Source: Camelus ferus (Eukaryota). From it: a stretch of 64,000 nt of DNA. A program made the position numbers and the translations under genes. The DNA is taken from positions 93,994,001-94,058,000 of the forward strand of contig NC_045697.1 of assembly GCF_009834535.1 (NCBI RefSeq). Direction: 5' to 3'. Below the pieces are notes generated by a model. That model worked only from the letters and a program-made list of their open reading frames with translations, made no database searches and was not told where the DNA came from. This document shows, piece by piece, positions 51,781 to 64,000 of this stretch. Positions within the stretch are counted from its first letter, which is position 1, and every line of letters begins with the position of its first letter.

Positions 51781-54700
51781 GACCAAAATGTGTTGCCACT
51801 TTTCATCTCAAATTCAAGTTACATGGCACATTACAAGTTATTAGTTTCTGGAGGGCCCTATATTTAATAAACGTGAGTTCATAAAAATAAAGGGTTTAAA
51901 ACCTAGATTATAGGACATAGGTCCATGCAAGCACAGCCTAAAAATATGATCATTCCCCCCAAACCCTAACTTAATGTGCAAAATAAGTCAGCTGTACTTA
52001 CACTGCAATAATCCGCATCTTGAAGATGTTTACTCATGTTTTATTAAACCTAAGCATCAATAGGAAGCATCAGTGGGAAGGACTGAGATCTCAACCAGTA
52101 TGTCCTTAAAAACTTTGGGGAAGACATAGCCAATGGGACTCTGTTAGCTCTTAAGCATAGTATTTGTTTCAGGTGAAAAGATACTCATTCTTAGCTTCTG
52201 TTTCACTCAGAAGCCATCCAGGAGAGTAAATTATTCAGAAATAGGGAGGATAAAACCTGGGGCCCACTGTCCAAAACAAAAAGGAGACCTTGGGTTAGTC
52301 TCCTACTGTAACAGATTCTTCATAGCTTCCCATTATTTAAAAAAAATAAACTTAGCTCGATACATTTAGCCAGTGTCTCCTTGGGTTTCTACAGGTTTAT
52401 GCCTACTTTAAACCCCAAATGTTTAAGAGTGTTCAGGCTTCCAAATGCTGGAGAACTTACTTCTCATCAACGAACAATAAATTTCATTGCAAAGTGTTTT
52501 TAAAACATACAATTTCAGAGAATTTATTTTACTGACCTTGAAAAGAGCAGAAAAATAAATATGAAGAAATAGTTTCTCCCTGAATTTCTTTGTCTACTTA
52601 TTTCATATTAGAATTAATAATGCTTACACATCAGCTCGAGAGAACCAAATGATTCTAAAACAACTGTCCAGCAATAATGTGAGCATTTGCAAGCAAGCAT
52701 ATCTATTTGCAAATTATAAGCTACACATGGGCCAATAATTGTGAAGTAATTGAGTGCATTAAGACAAACACACAAATTAGGGTGGCAAAGAGGACAAAGC
52801 CAACAAACAAATAAAAAATACTGGAGAAAACATAAACACAAAGTAAGTACTGCTTATGTATCAGTGGCAGTATTCCCTAAGGTCAGCCCTACACTGATAA
52901 TTATTGACCTGACTCGGTGACTGTCTGAATCTACTCAGCTCTCAAATTTCTCCTTTTCACCTGAAGAATCTGGATTAGATAAAAAGGATTTTAGTTTAAA
53001 AGAGAAAGGGGTGTGGTATTTCACAAAGTTCAATGTGTAAAACGAAACAACAGGAAAATTGGAGGGCACCAGAGCTTGCCTCTTTGGAAATCACGCCCAC
53101 TGTCCCCCCACCCCCCCCACCCCCAGCTCCACTCCACATGGCTCTGGATGAAACCCTGGATGCATTTTGTGAAACTCTCCCAACAGACTGCTATAATGCC
53201 TAACTTTCTTGAGCTCCACCAGATGCCACAGTATGACTACGGATCGTCAATTTAAGGTTTTTTCTGTTTTGCTACATCATTTGTAATTGTATTATTATTC
53301 TCATGAATATAGTGCTTTCAATGTGGGTAACAGGCCTAAAGAATAGCAATTTTGTACTTAACATTCTCAAAAATACGTATCACGTCTCAGGATAGTAAAT
53401 CAAGAAAGTATTGAATTTTTACAACTTAGCAATCAAAGCAGATTTGCCTGTAACTTTTAAAACAAAACATGTAAAGAGACAGACTAAAAACTTCTCTGTT
53501 GTTGGCTTGAAATATAATTCTGAGTGCTTTCAGTATAAAATTCTGATTTTAATATGAAATCAACTGGTCAATGAATATTAGAGTATTATACTCTTTCTAA
53601 TGTATCTTTAGTAACATGAAAAAAAACTTCCTATAACAGTGTTTCAGAGTAAACCTGATACTTAAAATACTTCACAAGGGCACTCTCTTACCTAAGGGAG
53701 TTTATTTTATGTTTCTTATATTAACAACAAAAAGGAGGGAGGAGTTTGAAATGGGGACTAAAATGTCAAAAAGCCTAAATATAAAATTGTTAGCCAACTG
53801 AAATATCTTTTAGATACCTGCAATAAAACATGGAATTCAGCTGTGTATACTGCCACCTACAATTCACTGAAATATTACACATTCTTCTCAGATAAAAGAA
53901 AGAAATTCATAAATGTTCCTGAACACAATCAAAATTCAGCAGGGACTGTGTGACCCTCAGCAACTAAGACAACAGCACCATATTAAAAAGATGTCCTTAA
54001 ATGCCATGGCCTTTTCTTTTTTTTAACCATTTTAAATTACTTCATAATTATTAAAGTTGAAATAAAACGCTAGCCACAACATTTCTGCCTTTACACGTAA
54101 ACTCTTCTTCATATGTGGGCAAAACTTAAAACCACAGAAATAAATAGAGGAGTTCTTGTTACAGTCTATGATCTATGAATCAGATCTCGTGCTCCCATGC
54201 ATGTCCTTATTTTAAACATAAAAATATTACATAAGTTATGAGAATGCCAGCTACACCCAAACTATGAACTTTAAGGGGGAAGAAGAGGAGCAGATTTTTA
54301 AAGGGGCATTCATTTTAAAACTGTAAATAAATTTTCCCATCTCAGCAGAGCTTAATTCAGATGTGCTACTAAAAAGAATCATGATTTTAAAAAATAAGGT
54401 TTTTAAAATAAATGAATCATACGTTCTAGACTGACATCTACTCACTTTCTGCCTTTCCAAGATAAATTCTAGAAAAAAATAGATAAGGAACAATATACTA
54501 AAATTCAGAAATAAATGCAGAAACAGAATACTTTAGAAAAATTCTAATGTGAATTACAGTAGTAAATAAATAACCATAAAACAACCAGTAACTTTATCTT
54601 TCCAATCAGAAGAGACTGTCAAAGCGATATATCTATGCATGTTAGAAACATCTCAGCACTCCAAAAGCATTCTCCACTTGGAATCTGGAAAACAGGGTAC

Positions 54701-54863
54701 TATTTAAGGAATCACCAACCAGGAGAAGCCTCTTCCTAGAGTTTCTGGAATCTCAACACCAAAAATTGGGATTTTTTTTTTTTAATCCTGTTAATGAAGA
54801 ATACATAGAAAGGCAAACAATCTTAATTCCCCGTCTTCCCGCACCAATGTCAAAGGGACTCAC

Positions 54864-55083
54864 CTTGCAATAATAGAGATGCCCCAAACTTTCAAGCCTG
54901 GATTTCTCCTGCCAGCATCTCCATCTGTTGCCACCATCCAAGGTCGACAGAGGCTACATGGGAGTGGCTCCCATGAGAGGGTGACTGCTCTTCATTTAAG
55001 CGTCTGGCAGCGCGGGAAAGCTCTCGAGCTCTGCTGTCCCTCAGGTATTTCTGGGGAATTTCTGTCTGCCTTCTGGAGTAGAC
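54864..55083 (-). other. Candidate alternative non-coding exon (220 nt)
   Basis: Near-consensus donor CAAG|GTGAGT (GT at 54863-54862); acceptor 'ccttaacgttctgttgtccag|'; block richer in GC and CpG than its flanks. Confidence 0.3.
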
Positions 55084-55147
55084 CTGGACAACAGAACGTT
55101 AAGGCCCTTTAAGAAACTTCACTGAAGTTACATAAATATTTGATACG

Positions 55148-55538
55148 TGAAAGGATTTCAGTCTAAAATGGAACTGGAGGTTATGAAATGGAGACTCACG
55201 AACATGCCCTCAGAAAAAACGAACTTCAGTACCGAGAGACTGATTTCCCGCAAACGCCTGATTTACGTAAGGCTGAAACTTATCTCTGGACCAATGAACA
55301 GCCGCCATCAATCCTTCTCCATCCGTAAGCCAATGAACTTACTGCTTAGACTCTGGCTGGACTCGCGCCCTCTGCACTCTTGCATGTAAATACATCCCGC
55401 TCCAAACCCTCAAGGGACTGCCCATAGGTTAATGCAGTTTGTGTTTCACGAATTGTAATTCCTCCCACTATCCCCGAATAAACTGAAATTTCTGGTAATT
55501 CAAGCTTGCCTCAGTTTACCTCTTTATTTAGGCTGACA
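55148..55538 (+). mobile_element. Solo LTR (ERV1-like, relatively young)
   Basis: tgaaagg...ggctgaca termini; flanks tacg/tact; CCAAT at 55291 and 55330; TATA-like tgtaaata at ~55385; AATAAA 55477-55482; many CpGs retained. Confidence 0.85.
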
Positions 55539-58371
55539 TACTATTCTGGGATCTAGTTATCTCCTGTTTTATGTTTTGAATTAATGCTCAAATCTGTCTG
55601 GAGATCATTTTTATATATCGTGCAAGATGAAAAAGGAAACGTTTTCTTTCACAACAGACATGGAACTTCTGTATTATAAGTCAAGTGAGCTTCCACATAC
55701 AGTACCATCCAACTTTGATCTGTCCTGTTTCACTGATATGTTTAGATATTTTCTTATGCCAAAAGCATCTTTTTCACTACCGTGCCCTTTTTTTCTTACG
55801 TATGTGAACCTGTGTATGTACTTCCTATTTACACTTAAACCCTTTCATTCTGGTCAAATACTTAACGGTTTTATTAGCCTGTGAAAAACCTTTCGGATTA
55901 CTTTTAAACCTGCATGCATAAAATAATTACTAACCTAATTACAGAATTATTTCTAAACTCCATAATATCCATACCACAAACAATACAGGTGTTTCAGTTA
56001 TGGAAAAAGAAAGCTGAGGGATAAGAAAAGAAAATACATATACACACTATGGTGATCAACAGCCCTTTTCTGAACTGACATTCCTTCATTTCAGGACACT
56101 GAAGAACAGAGAAACTAGAAGCAAGGCAGTGTCCCCTCTGGCTTAAAACTCAGACCATTGCTTTGAATCTATCAAGTCAATCAACCTTTCTTTTTAACTT
56201 AACCCTGAAACACTTTAAAATTACAGTGTCTCCTGATTCTACCTAAGACACCGAATGTCCTCCCATCTCAGCCATATTTACTCTTAACATCTAACATTCT
56301 AATCATAGAGGACTCCTTAGCTTGTCATCCTGACCTTATAAAAGGAATAAAACAATTCAGAATCCTGGACATTGTACTTACTCTATTCATAGTTACACAG
56401 TCAACATAGTATATGTGAAATAAGATGAAAATTATAAATCAAAGAACATTATAAGATGACATATTACTTTTGAGTAGTAGTTGTCTAGAAAGAGAAGGAA
56501 TGCATTTCATGAGTTGTAAATGGGATGAAGTGTTTTGAACACATTTGTAATGTACAGTGGATTTTCCACTTTAAGCAAGGTTTCTTTGAAATAATCAACT
56601 GTAAAAGACCTTTCTCAAATACAGATTATTAAAAAATATAGCTAGTGGAATTGAGTATAATATTTCAGAAATATTTTTTAAGATGAATAATAGTATAAAG
56701 TTAAAAGGTCAAGCATTCATTCATTTAGTCAGCACATCTTTATGTTAAGAACTGGTTATACAGCCAACAAATCCATCAAAAATGTGACCATTCAGCTGAA
56801 TGTTTGTTAGGTTCCTTGGGCTTAAGCAATACTTCTCTCCATTATCCTGCCTGGCCAAAGGAAAATACATTCTTGTTAAATTAGATTCTTGGTTAGGTAG
56901 TCAAACCAAACAAGATTTTTAAAATATTTTGAGAAAATCAGACATTAACAGTTCACCATTAAAGCAGAAGCAGCAGCCAAGATTCTCAAATGCATATGCT
57001 AATGAACAAGCAATAATATTAGGTTTTATCATAATTCTAAGGCTGAACACTGGCTGTTAGCCCAACCCATACCAAAAGCATTACTCAGGTGTGAAGGCTA
57101 AATGAGAATCTCTGCCATCTATGCCGACCTTAAATTTGGCCAAGTTCTTGCGAGTGGGGCTGGGGAGGAATAAATCCAAAGAAACGAAATTGAAGCCGCC
57201 TGGCTTCATAGATTTAAGTAACTGGGTCCAAAGTCAGGATATTGGCCTGTAGTTGAAAAGCTTGATGTGCTGTTTTTATGATCTCAATAGAAAAGCTTTT
57301 TGCTATCACTGTTTTCAGTTCTTTACTGTGCATGTACCTCTAACCTGCTTCAGATATTTCTTTTCTACTAATCTGTAGCATTCTCACCTTTAAAATCGTG
57401 GCAGAAACTGCCCTTTTCTAGAAATCTTTGCTTAATTAAATGATTTCATTCTAGTCTTTTCTGTACTCCCCATGTACTCAGCATTCAGAGCCATTCTATG
57501 TTTAAATGTATTCTCCATGCTGTTTAATGAAGTAATTTAAACATTTTATGCATATTCTTTACTTATCAAATTGCACATGAATCCTAGAGAAATATATCCA
57601 TGATTTACATTTATTTTCCATTCTTTCAGTATCCCTCTGGCTGTGCTGCTATCACACCAGCACCAACGCGTGTTTTTGTTTCTTAAGGTGTAAGAAGTTA
57701 CTGAGGAGAACACTAATAGCAGTGCTAGGCAGAAATATAACAAAGAGGAGAATACTGAAGAGAGAGTTAAATACGATTGAGGCTTGAGGCTCAGAATGGG
57801 TCATTGTAATAAATTCATTCTATTCTAAGTGATTTTTCACCAATTTGTTTTTAATCTGGAGAGTTTCTAGTACTCATCGGCAGGAATATAGGAGTCGGTG
57901 TTAAGACTTTACACCAAGGAATTGGAGGGAAATAGTGACTATATCAAATAAGAGTCCTTTAATCCTGAAATTTTGATAAATATAGAAATTAAAAAAATAG
58001 TATTTTACAATGAAAGAGCCATATTTTATCAAAATGATTTTTTAAGTCTACATGTTTTATCACATAGATTAAAACAGAAAATTTAAACTTATCTCGAAGA
58101 AAAGAAGTATTAAAACAACACAAAGAAAAACTCAGTATTGATTTTTATGTTTTGATGCTTATTTAAAATTTAACTAGTTTTGTCTTATTCATTTACTGTT
58201 TCCATTCTCTTTAAAATTATAATTTCCTGCAAAATAAGGCCAATATAAAATTGTCCTCAAAGTAAATAGTTTGCGTTTTGTAAAGGAAATAAAACCACCA
58301 GGAAAATCAATACTATTATTGTCAATAAATATCTTATTTAAGGATTACTTCAATCAAAACATCTTGCTATA

Positions 58372-58600
58372 ATAATAGATAATATTTATTGAAACTCTAG
58401 TATGGGCTGAGAATTTTACATATATCGGGTCAGTTTAAGCCTCCCAATGACTCAACAAGATCAGATGTATCATCATATTTTAACAGATGTTTAGAGTGTT
58501 TAACACACTTTGACAGAGTTTCAAAAGATTTAACTAATTGGGCCAAGTTCAAATATCTGGAGAAGCAGGGATCTGAGCCCAATTTGGTTTAATCCTTCAT
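58372..58600 (-). mobile_element. MIR SINE
   Basis: 'aatagataatatttattga...ttttacatatat...cattttaacagatg-like...cagggatctgagcccaa'. Confidence 0.65.
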
Positions 58601-59519
58601 AATTTACTGTGTCATCATCGCCACAATTGGGTGCTTTCAGAAATGAGTAAGATCTAGAACCTACCTTATAGGGCCCCCATTCCATATATTCTGAATTACT
58701 GAGCACACTTTTAGAAGAAATATATTTTCCTTCCATCAGTACTTATTACCAAAATAATAATACAAATATTTTACTTACAGTGAGTAAATAAGATTCCATA
58801 TTCATCTTCCTGTGGTTAATTCTTTCCATATTTAAAATTATTTTTAAGTCATTTCCTTTCATTTCCTGCTGGCAAAAGATTGTCAAATAAATTTAATTGT
58901 TTAATTTTCAGAAATTTTATATTAAAACAATCTTTTCTGAGCAACAATGATGGAATAAAATAATAGTTGCAATTTTGGTTAACAAAACACAATTTCCCTT
59001 TTAAAGACCAGTTTGGAAGCACACACAAAAAACACAAAAACCCACTAATATTTGCATTGTGTAAAATGGATACACTTAGTTTTTCCTAGCTTTTAAGAAA
59101 CTCTAATAAACTATACGAACAAGGCAATACTTTTTGGCCCATTGATCAACAGGGTGTTTTTCAGGACTGAATGAAGCAGAGGTGTCTCCTTTTGGGCATG
59201 TTTGTTTTAGCAATTTCCATTTCCAGTCAGTAAAATCTGTGATTCCTATGCCAGGCACTTCTGCATGAGAAAGAGATGGATGTTTGTAATCTGTTTCACT
59301 TGTAGGAAAACATATTCCAAGTTTGGTTTCCTCGCAAAACCTCAAAAAAAAAAAAAAATTCTCAAATATATTTATGAATTCTTCCATGGCTCAACTCAGT
59401 GATGTAACAGCCATTCTACTAGCATAAATCCAGTACCCCTGTTAGTACAAAATCTAGATGAATTCCATTTTTAATCTTTAATTCATTTTTTTTCTTTTAG
59501 TCAATCCAATCATATAGAC

Positions 59520-59735
59520 TAGAGAAACATCATGGTATAGTACCCGAGCCTCAGCCTGAGCACCAGAAGGCCTGGATTTGAATTTTCTCTTAATTTGGTG
59601 AGTTACTTAAATTCTGAACATCTTCAGTATCCTTATGTATAATGTTGGTATGATAATACCTATAGACATGAGGGAAAATATTATAATGTAGCTAAGAATG
59701 CTTGGCATACCTTGGCTGTTTAAAAACTATTAATC
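59520..59735 (+). mobile_element. MIR SINE
   Basis: 'catggtatagt...cctggatttgaat...gagttacttaaattct...gataataccta...gcttggcata'. Confidence 0.65.
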
Positions 59736-59832
59736 ACTTTCACCTAAAAAAAACTCAAGAAATTGCAATAAAATAAAGCTTTTTACAGCATAGCATTGCC
59801 AAACCCGTTTAGATAGGATATCATGAAAATCC

Positions 59833-59923
59833 AGTTTCTTACAGAAAGAGTTATGCTAACCAGACAGTCAAACTGCAAGTTTCTTATAGAAGGAGTTCTA
59901 CTACTAACCAGCCAGTCAAACTG
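59833..59923. repeat. Imperfect tandem duplication of ~45 bp
   Basis: agtttcttacagaaagagttatgctaaccagacagtcaaactg (59833-59875) and agtttcttatagaaggagttctactactaaccagccagtcaaactg (59878-59923). Confidence 0.9.
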
Positions 59924-62396
59924 AGATACTTTTTTAAACTGAAGTTTCTATTTTACTATTTGTTCTGTTTACTATTGTAATTCTAGTAACTAATGTAATT
60001 TTCAAGCTATGTTTGATATTCTTTCCCTGGTGTCTGTCTGCAATAACATTTTTAAACCCTTCAAAATATAGCCGTATGACTTGTAACCCCAATCACAATT
60101 TGAGTAATTTCATTCTGTATTCACAAAATTAAGGGGCTTCCCCTTAAGAAAACAATTCATACTTGCCAGACAAACACTAGCATTATGCTAACTATATCAC
60201 CATCAAATAAGAAGCAAACCTACTGGGGAAGAAAAAAGAGAGAATTCTAGACACCTTTTCTCTTATATAGAGTTAATCAGGGCTTGCAATTAATTTTTGA
60301 AATTGTTTTATATCGGCCTTAATGTTTAAAGCTTCATTGCTACCTCTGAGCCCCATCAGTAAAACCCACACATCATCCCTGTTAGCAAAGCAGCTGGCTT
60401 TTTAAATGTGATGTCTTGTAGTTCTTACTTACAATCCTAATCACATCATTGATTTCAGTAATCTTCAGGAAGAGTAATTATTAATGCTGTCAAAAGCAGA
60501 GGCTGGGATTCAATTTTTTTCCTTTTCTTTTTTTTTATAAACCTGGATAATTAAGATTAAGCCTAATAATGTGACTCTAGAGGCCTCCAGGTAATTAGAA
60601 GTTTCCTATGGTTGAGTATGTATAATACAGCAAAGACACTGTCTTCACTTAAAATTCTTCACACATCCCAAATACTTAGTTACATAAGCCACAAATGGTT
60701 AAATAAAAATGCTAGACATAGCCACTCACCATTACTAGATTTTTTTTCAGACTCAACAAACAAGCACCACACAAAATTTTACCTGATTGATTTTTTCTGT
60801 AATTTGAGACAGCCGTAAGATCTATTTTGTCTCCTAACGCCAAAAAGACGAAGGCACATGACCTTTCTTTCTAGTGTCTTTAACACACTAAGGAATTAAA
60901 CAATTTTCTGGGGAAAAAAAAAAAAACACGATAAGCCAATATGAAGAGGATAAGAGACATTTTGGAGAAATCAGATTTTTCTATAATCAAAGCAATTTAA
61001 AAAAGAAAACAGGTAAGATGAGGTAATGCATTTTGATTTTCAGAAAGAGAGATCATGATGTAATAAAGATTGTCATTCTAAAGTAGAACTCTATTTACAT
61101 TCTGAAAGAAGTTGTGAAACATAAGTTTCCAAAGGACTACATATTTATCACCAAAAGACATAATATGTGAAGGAGCTGACAGAATGTTAGTGTGCTCAAT
61201 GTTGATCACCCCCCTGTACTCAGGAAAGTATACATACATTTGGAACCACTGTCAAACACCATTGCCTAATTTGAAAATATTCCTAGACTTCTTATTGATC
61301 AATATCTCTTATAGAAAGGATAAGAGTATAGCATCTGGACTGAAATAGTATTATTAGAAAAAAATGATATCATGAGCATTAGATGTATAATTCATGTTGC
61401 TTTCATTGGCTCAGACCATTGTAAAAATCCATAAATCATTTTCTTGTTCATGTATTGCTTAAGTGCAATTTGTCATTCTGCATTAGAGGGCTGCTTCAGC
61501 TCATCAGTGCTTTTAATTCACTGTTTAGAGTTTAACAAAATGCTGGCTCTGTCTGATAACTGAAAAGACACTGAAATGTGAAGCCACACCAATATTAACA
61601 AGGTTAAACAAAATGAAGAACATTTCTACTTTGAATATCAAGTAACACTTAATAGCTAGTATTCTCAGTCCCCAAAACATGGATTGGTTTGTTCTCTATT
61701 GACTTCAAAGCATTAGAACACAGTAACTAAAGAGTTACCTGAATGCTGATAACAGCATGTATATGCTATAAATCTTTTCCAGAAACTCTAGTCAACACTC
61801 ACTCTAGTGAACTGTAAATGAACAAAAATGAACGGTGTTTGTGGCACTGGCTCCAAAGCCTTGCCTTCCCACCTCTTAAGCTAGGTTACACTACTTACAG
61901 ATAAACTGATTTCATGGTTACCCATTAGAGATGCAATACAGTCCAGGTCCTTTGCGTTTGCTTTGGGCACTGTGCTTGCTGGGGACGTCAAGTGCCAGGA
62001 ACCATCTAACTCAACCCTGGTGGGACTTGGCGTTTGAAAGACTCCTTATTGACAATTTAAAATTTTTTTCTTCCATTTCTTAAAAAAAAAAAACAAAAAA
62101 CAGACAAGAAAACCAAAGCTCTGGGCACACTGCAATAATAAGAGGATTTAGAAACAAATTGCTTTCAAATCAAGTTAAATCACTGCAAACACTCATTTAT
62201 CCAAAACCCTGGTTAACAAACTTGTTTCCCTCCCGCCTTTTCCAGAAAAGGGTAGGGAAGAAAGCAACCCGGTTAGCTAGTTTCAAAGTTTGCAACCATG
62301 TATATAAAACGAGTTTATGAGATCCTTGGTGCCCCCCACCCCACTTTTGCTGCCCTTAGAGGACAATGAAATAGACGAGGGTGCATTAACACTCAC

Positions 62397-62715
62397 ACAC
62401 CAACCAGGAGTTTTATGAAAATTGATTTTGATAATCTCTCTTCAAATATTAGCTACTTCCCTCCTCTGTTTTAGGATATAATTTGTTTGGGCCCAGGCGG
62501 TTGGCGCTCTTGGAGAGGGCTTGGGGTGAGAGGGTTATGTTGCTACGTTTTGTTTAGTTTCTCCCTGCAGGTTTCAATAAAGGTGGTGGCGGCGAGGTCA
62601 AAGGATGCTGCATTACACGATATTCTGCACTTCAAAGCGGTCGTCAACCCCATCACCGAGGCTGTTAGTTATGTAATCACGGCCTCACTAAATTCTGGGG
62701 TTCACTGAAGGGAGA
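62397..62715 (-). other. Candidate promoter-proximal 5' UTR exon of the minus-strand gene
   Basis: Strong acceptor with a ~30-nt pyrimidine tract 'ttttcccttcccctttttatttttcag|'; donor GTGAGT at 62396-62391 (alternatives end the exon at 62401 or 62405); unique CpG-containing sequence. Confidence 0.55.
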
Positions 62716-62899
62716 CTGAAAAATAAAAAGGGGAAGGGAAAAAAATCTAGATTGATACAGCAAGGAAGAAAGTACAGAGATTACACTGAAGAGGCACTTT
62801 TAAAGGGCAAATTTAAAGTGTTGTTTTGTTTTGTGGGTGACGGGGTGGGGCTATCAAATGATTCCAGAGTAAGGAGGCAGAAAAGGTTGTTAATGCCAA

Positions 62900-64000
62900 T
62901 ATCTGAATCTCGGCCCAGGACAGAATGCTCTTGCCATTGCCCTTGGCTGGAGCTACTAAAAGGCAGGCGGACGGCCGGGCTCGTATCTATTCTCCCAGGC
63001 AGAAGACCCCGTTGTCACCGTGCCGATACCAGGGCGCCTTGGAGACTAGAAGTCAGAGAGGCGAGACCTCTAGAGGACCCCGGCCGGCGTCGCCGGCGCG
63101 GATAACGGCCTCTGCGACCCAGGAAATCCTGCAGAGCCCCCAACAGGCGAGCCCTGCCGAAAGAGCTCCAAAGCAAAATTCTCTGGCTTGCCCTGTGCCG
63201 CTTTCGCCGCTAGGAGACGCCTATAACCCACGTTTGTGGAGAGAGTTGCCCTTTCAAACACAACTGCTATTAAAAAAAAAAAAAAAGAAAGCAGCTCAAG
63301 TGTTACAGTGGATCAGTGGATGTAGTGATTATTTACAGGCAAATCTGGCCATCTCTCCACGTTCTCATCTCCACCTCTAGTAGCTCTCTGGCTCTCAGCG
63401 AACGTCCAAAGTGCTCAAACTTCATCAATATTTTGAGAGCACAAACCCTCTCCCCCAATTTCTGGATCTGCATTGTCATTCAGCCGCATGTCTCTCACAC
63501 GCAAACACGCGCGCACACGCGCGCGCGCACAAGTGTTTCCGTAAGTACAAATCAAACATTAGAAAATTACCGTCATTTAAAAATATGCTCCAAGATTCTG
63601 ATGAGTCAGCTTGAAGACCTCAAAACATTTCATTTCAATCCTGCGGATGTAAAGAAAAATATGGGAGGGGGATGGGAGGGGTATAAAGTACAAATGCAAT
63701 GCCGTTATTAATATTCAGATACACTATAATCTCTTTTTCATTGATCCACAGGTCTTTTTATAAACTGCCGCTCCATTCTCAGCCGCAGACGTGATGCTAA
63801 AATCATTTTAACTGCAGCGGTTTTCGCTCGGCTTTGGCCAGTCTTCAATTTACTGCAGCTGGAAAAGGATTAGCCATTTTTTGCTGGCATCCTTCCCTTC
63901 TAACCGCTCAAAGGCAGGACCCATCTCCATGAAAGAGCCAAGGGGGCGGGGGGCTAGGGCAGTAGACACGCAGTCGCGGGACTCGCAGGGACATGCCTCA
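62900..64000. promoter_or_regulatory. CpG-rich region (island or shore), probably continuing past the window; likely promoter/first-intron region
   Basis: Abrupt rise in GC and CpG ('cggccggcgtcgccggcgcgg', 'cgcgcgcgcg'); GC box gggggcgggg from 63942; no recognisable interspersed repeats. Confidence 0.75.

Noticed and set aside
53216..53229. CTCF-like CCACCAGATGCCAC
   Set aside because: Mismatch in the critical GGC part of the core; such near-matches are expected by chance
62752..63711. 117-151 aa plus-strand ORFs
   Set aside because: Stop-poor GC-rich sequence; poly-Lys from an A-run and RA/HT repeats from a microsatellite; no recognisable protein
1..64000. CRISPR array, prokaryotic operon, rRNA, or a named host gene
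   Set aside because: Mammalian repeat-rich DNA with no repeat-spacer periodicity or rRNA similarity; I could not recognise the host gene, so no symbol is given

Overview
AT-rich, repeat-dense mammalian genomic DNA, most likely from a camelid (alpaca/camel). The inference rests on a tRNA-Ala-derived vic-1-type SINE at 47881-48011 and the absence of Alu, Bov-tA or PRE-1 SINEs. I recognise no established protein-coding exon. The window looks like the 5' introns of a large minus-strand gene that I cannot name. A CpG-rich region lies at the right edge (about 62900-64000), candidate minus-strand non-coding exons lie at about 62715-62397, 55083-54864 and 37783-37388, and every L1 I can orient is on the + strand. 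The rest is old L1, L2, MIR, MaLR/ERVL LTRs, two decayed ERVL pol fragments, hAT DNA transposons and four well-delimited solo LTRs. The most notable structures are: (i) two copies of one ~480-bp LTR family in inverted orientation 243 bp apart, each with its own TSD; (ii) a candidate exon with ATGA-overlapped small ORFs, the second encoding a 68-aa peptide with a basic N-terminus and a hydrophobic segment; (iii) a strong-Kozak 36-aa uORF in the promoter-proximal candidate exon. Repeat subfamily names come from recalled consensus motifs, not a search, and most old-repeat boundaries are approximate.
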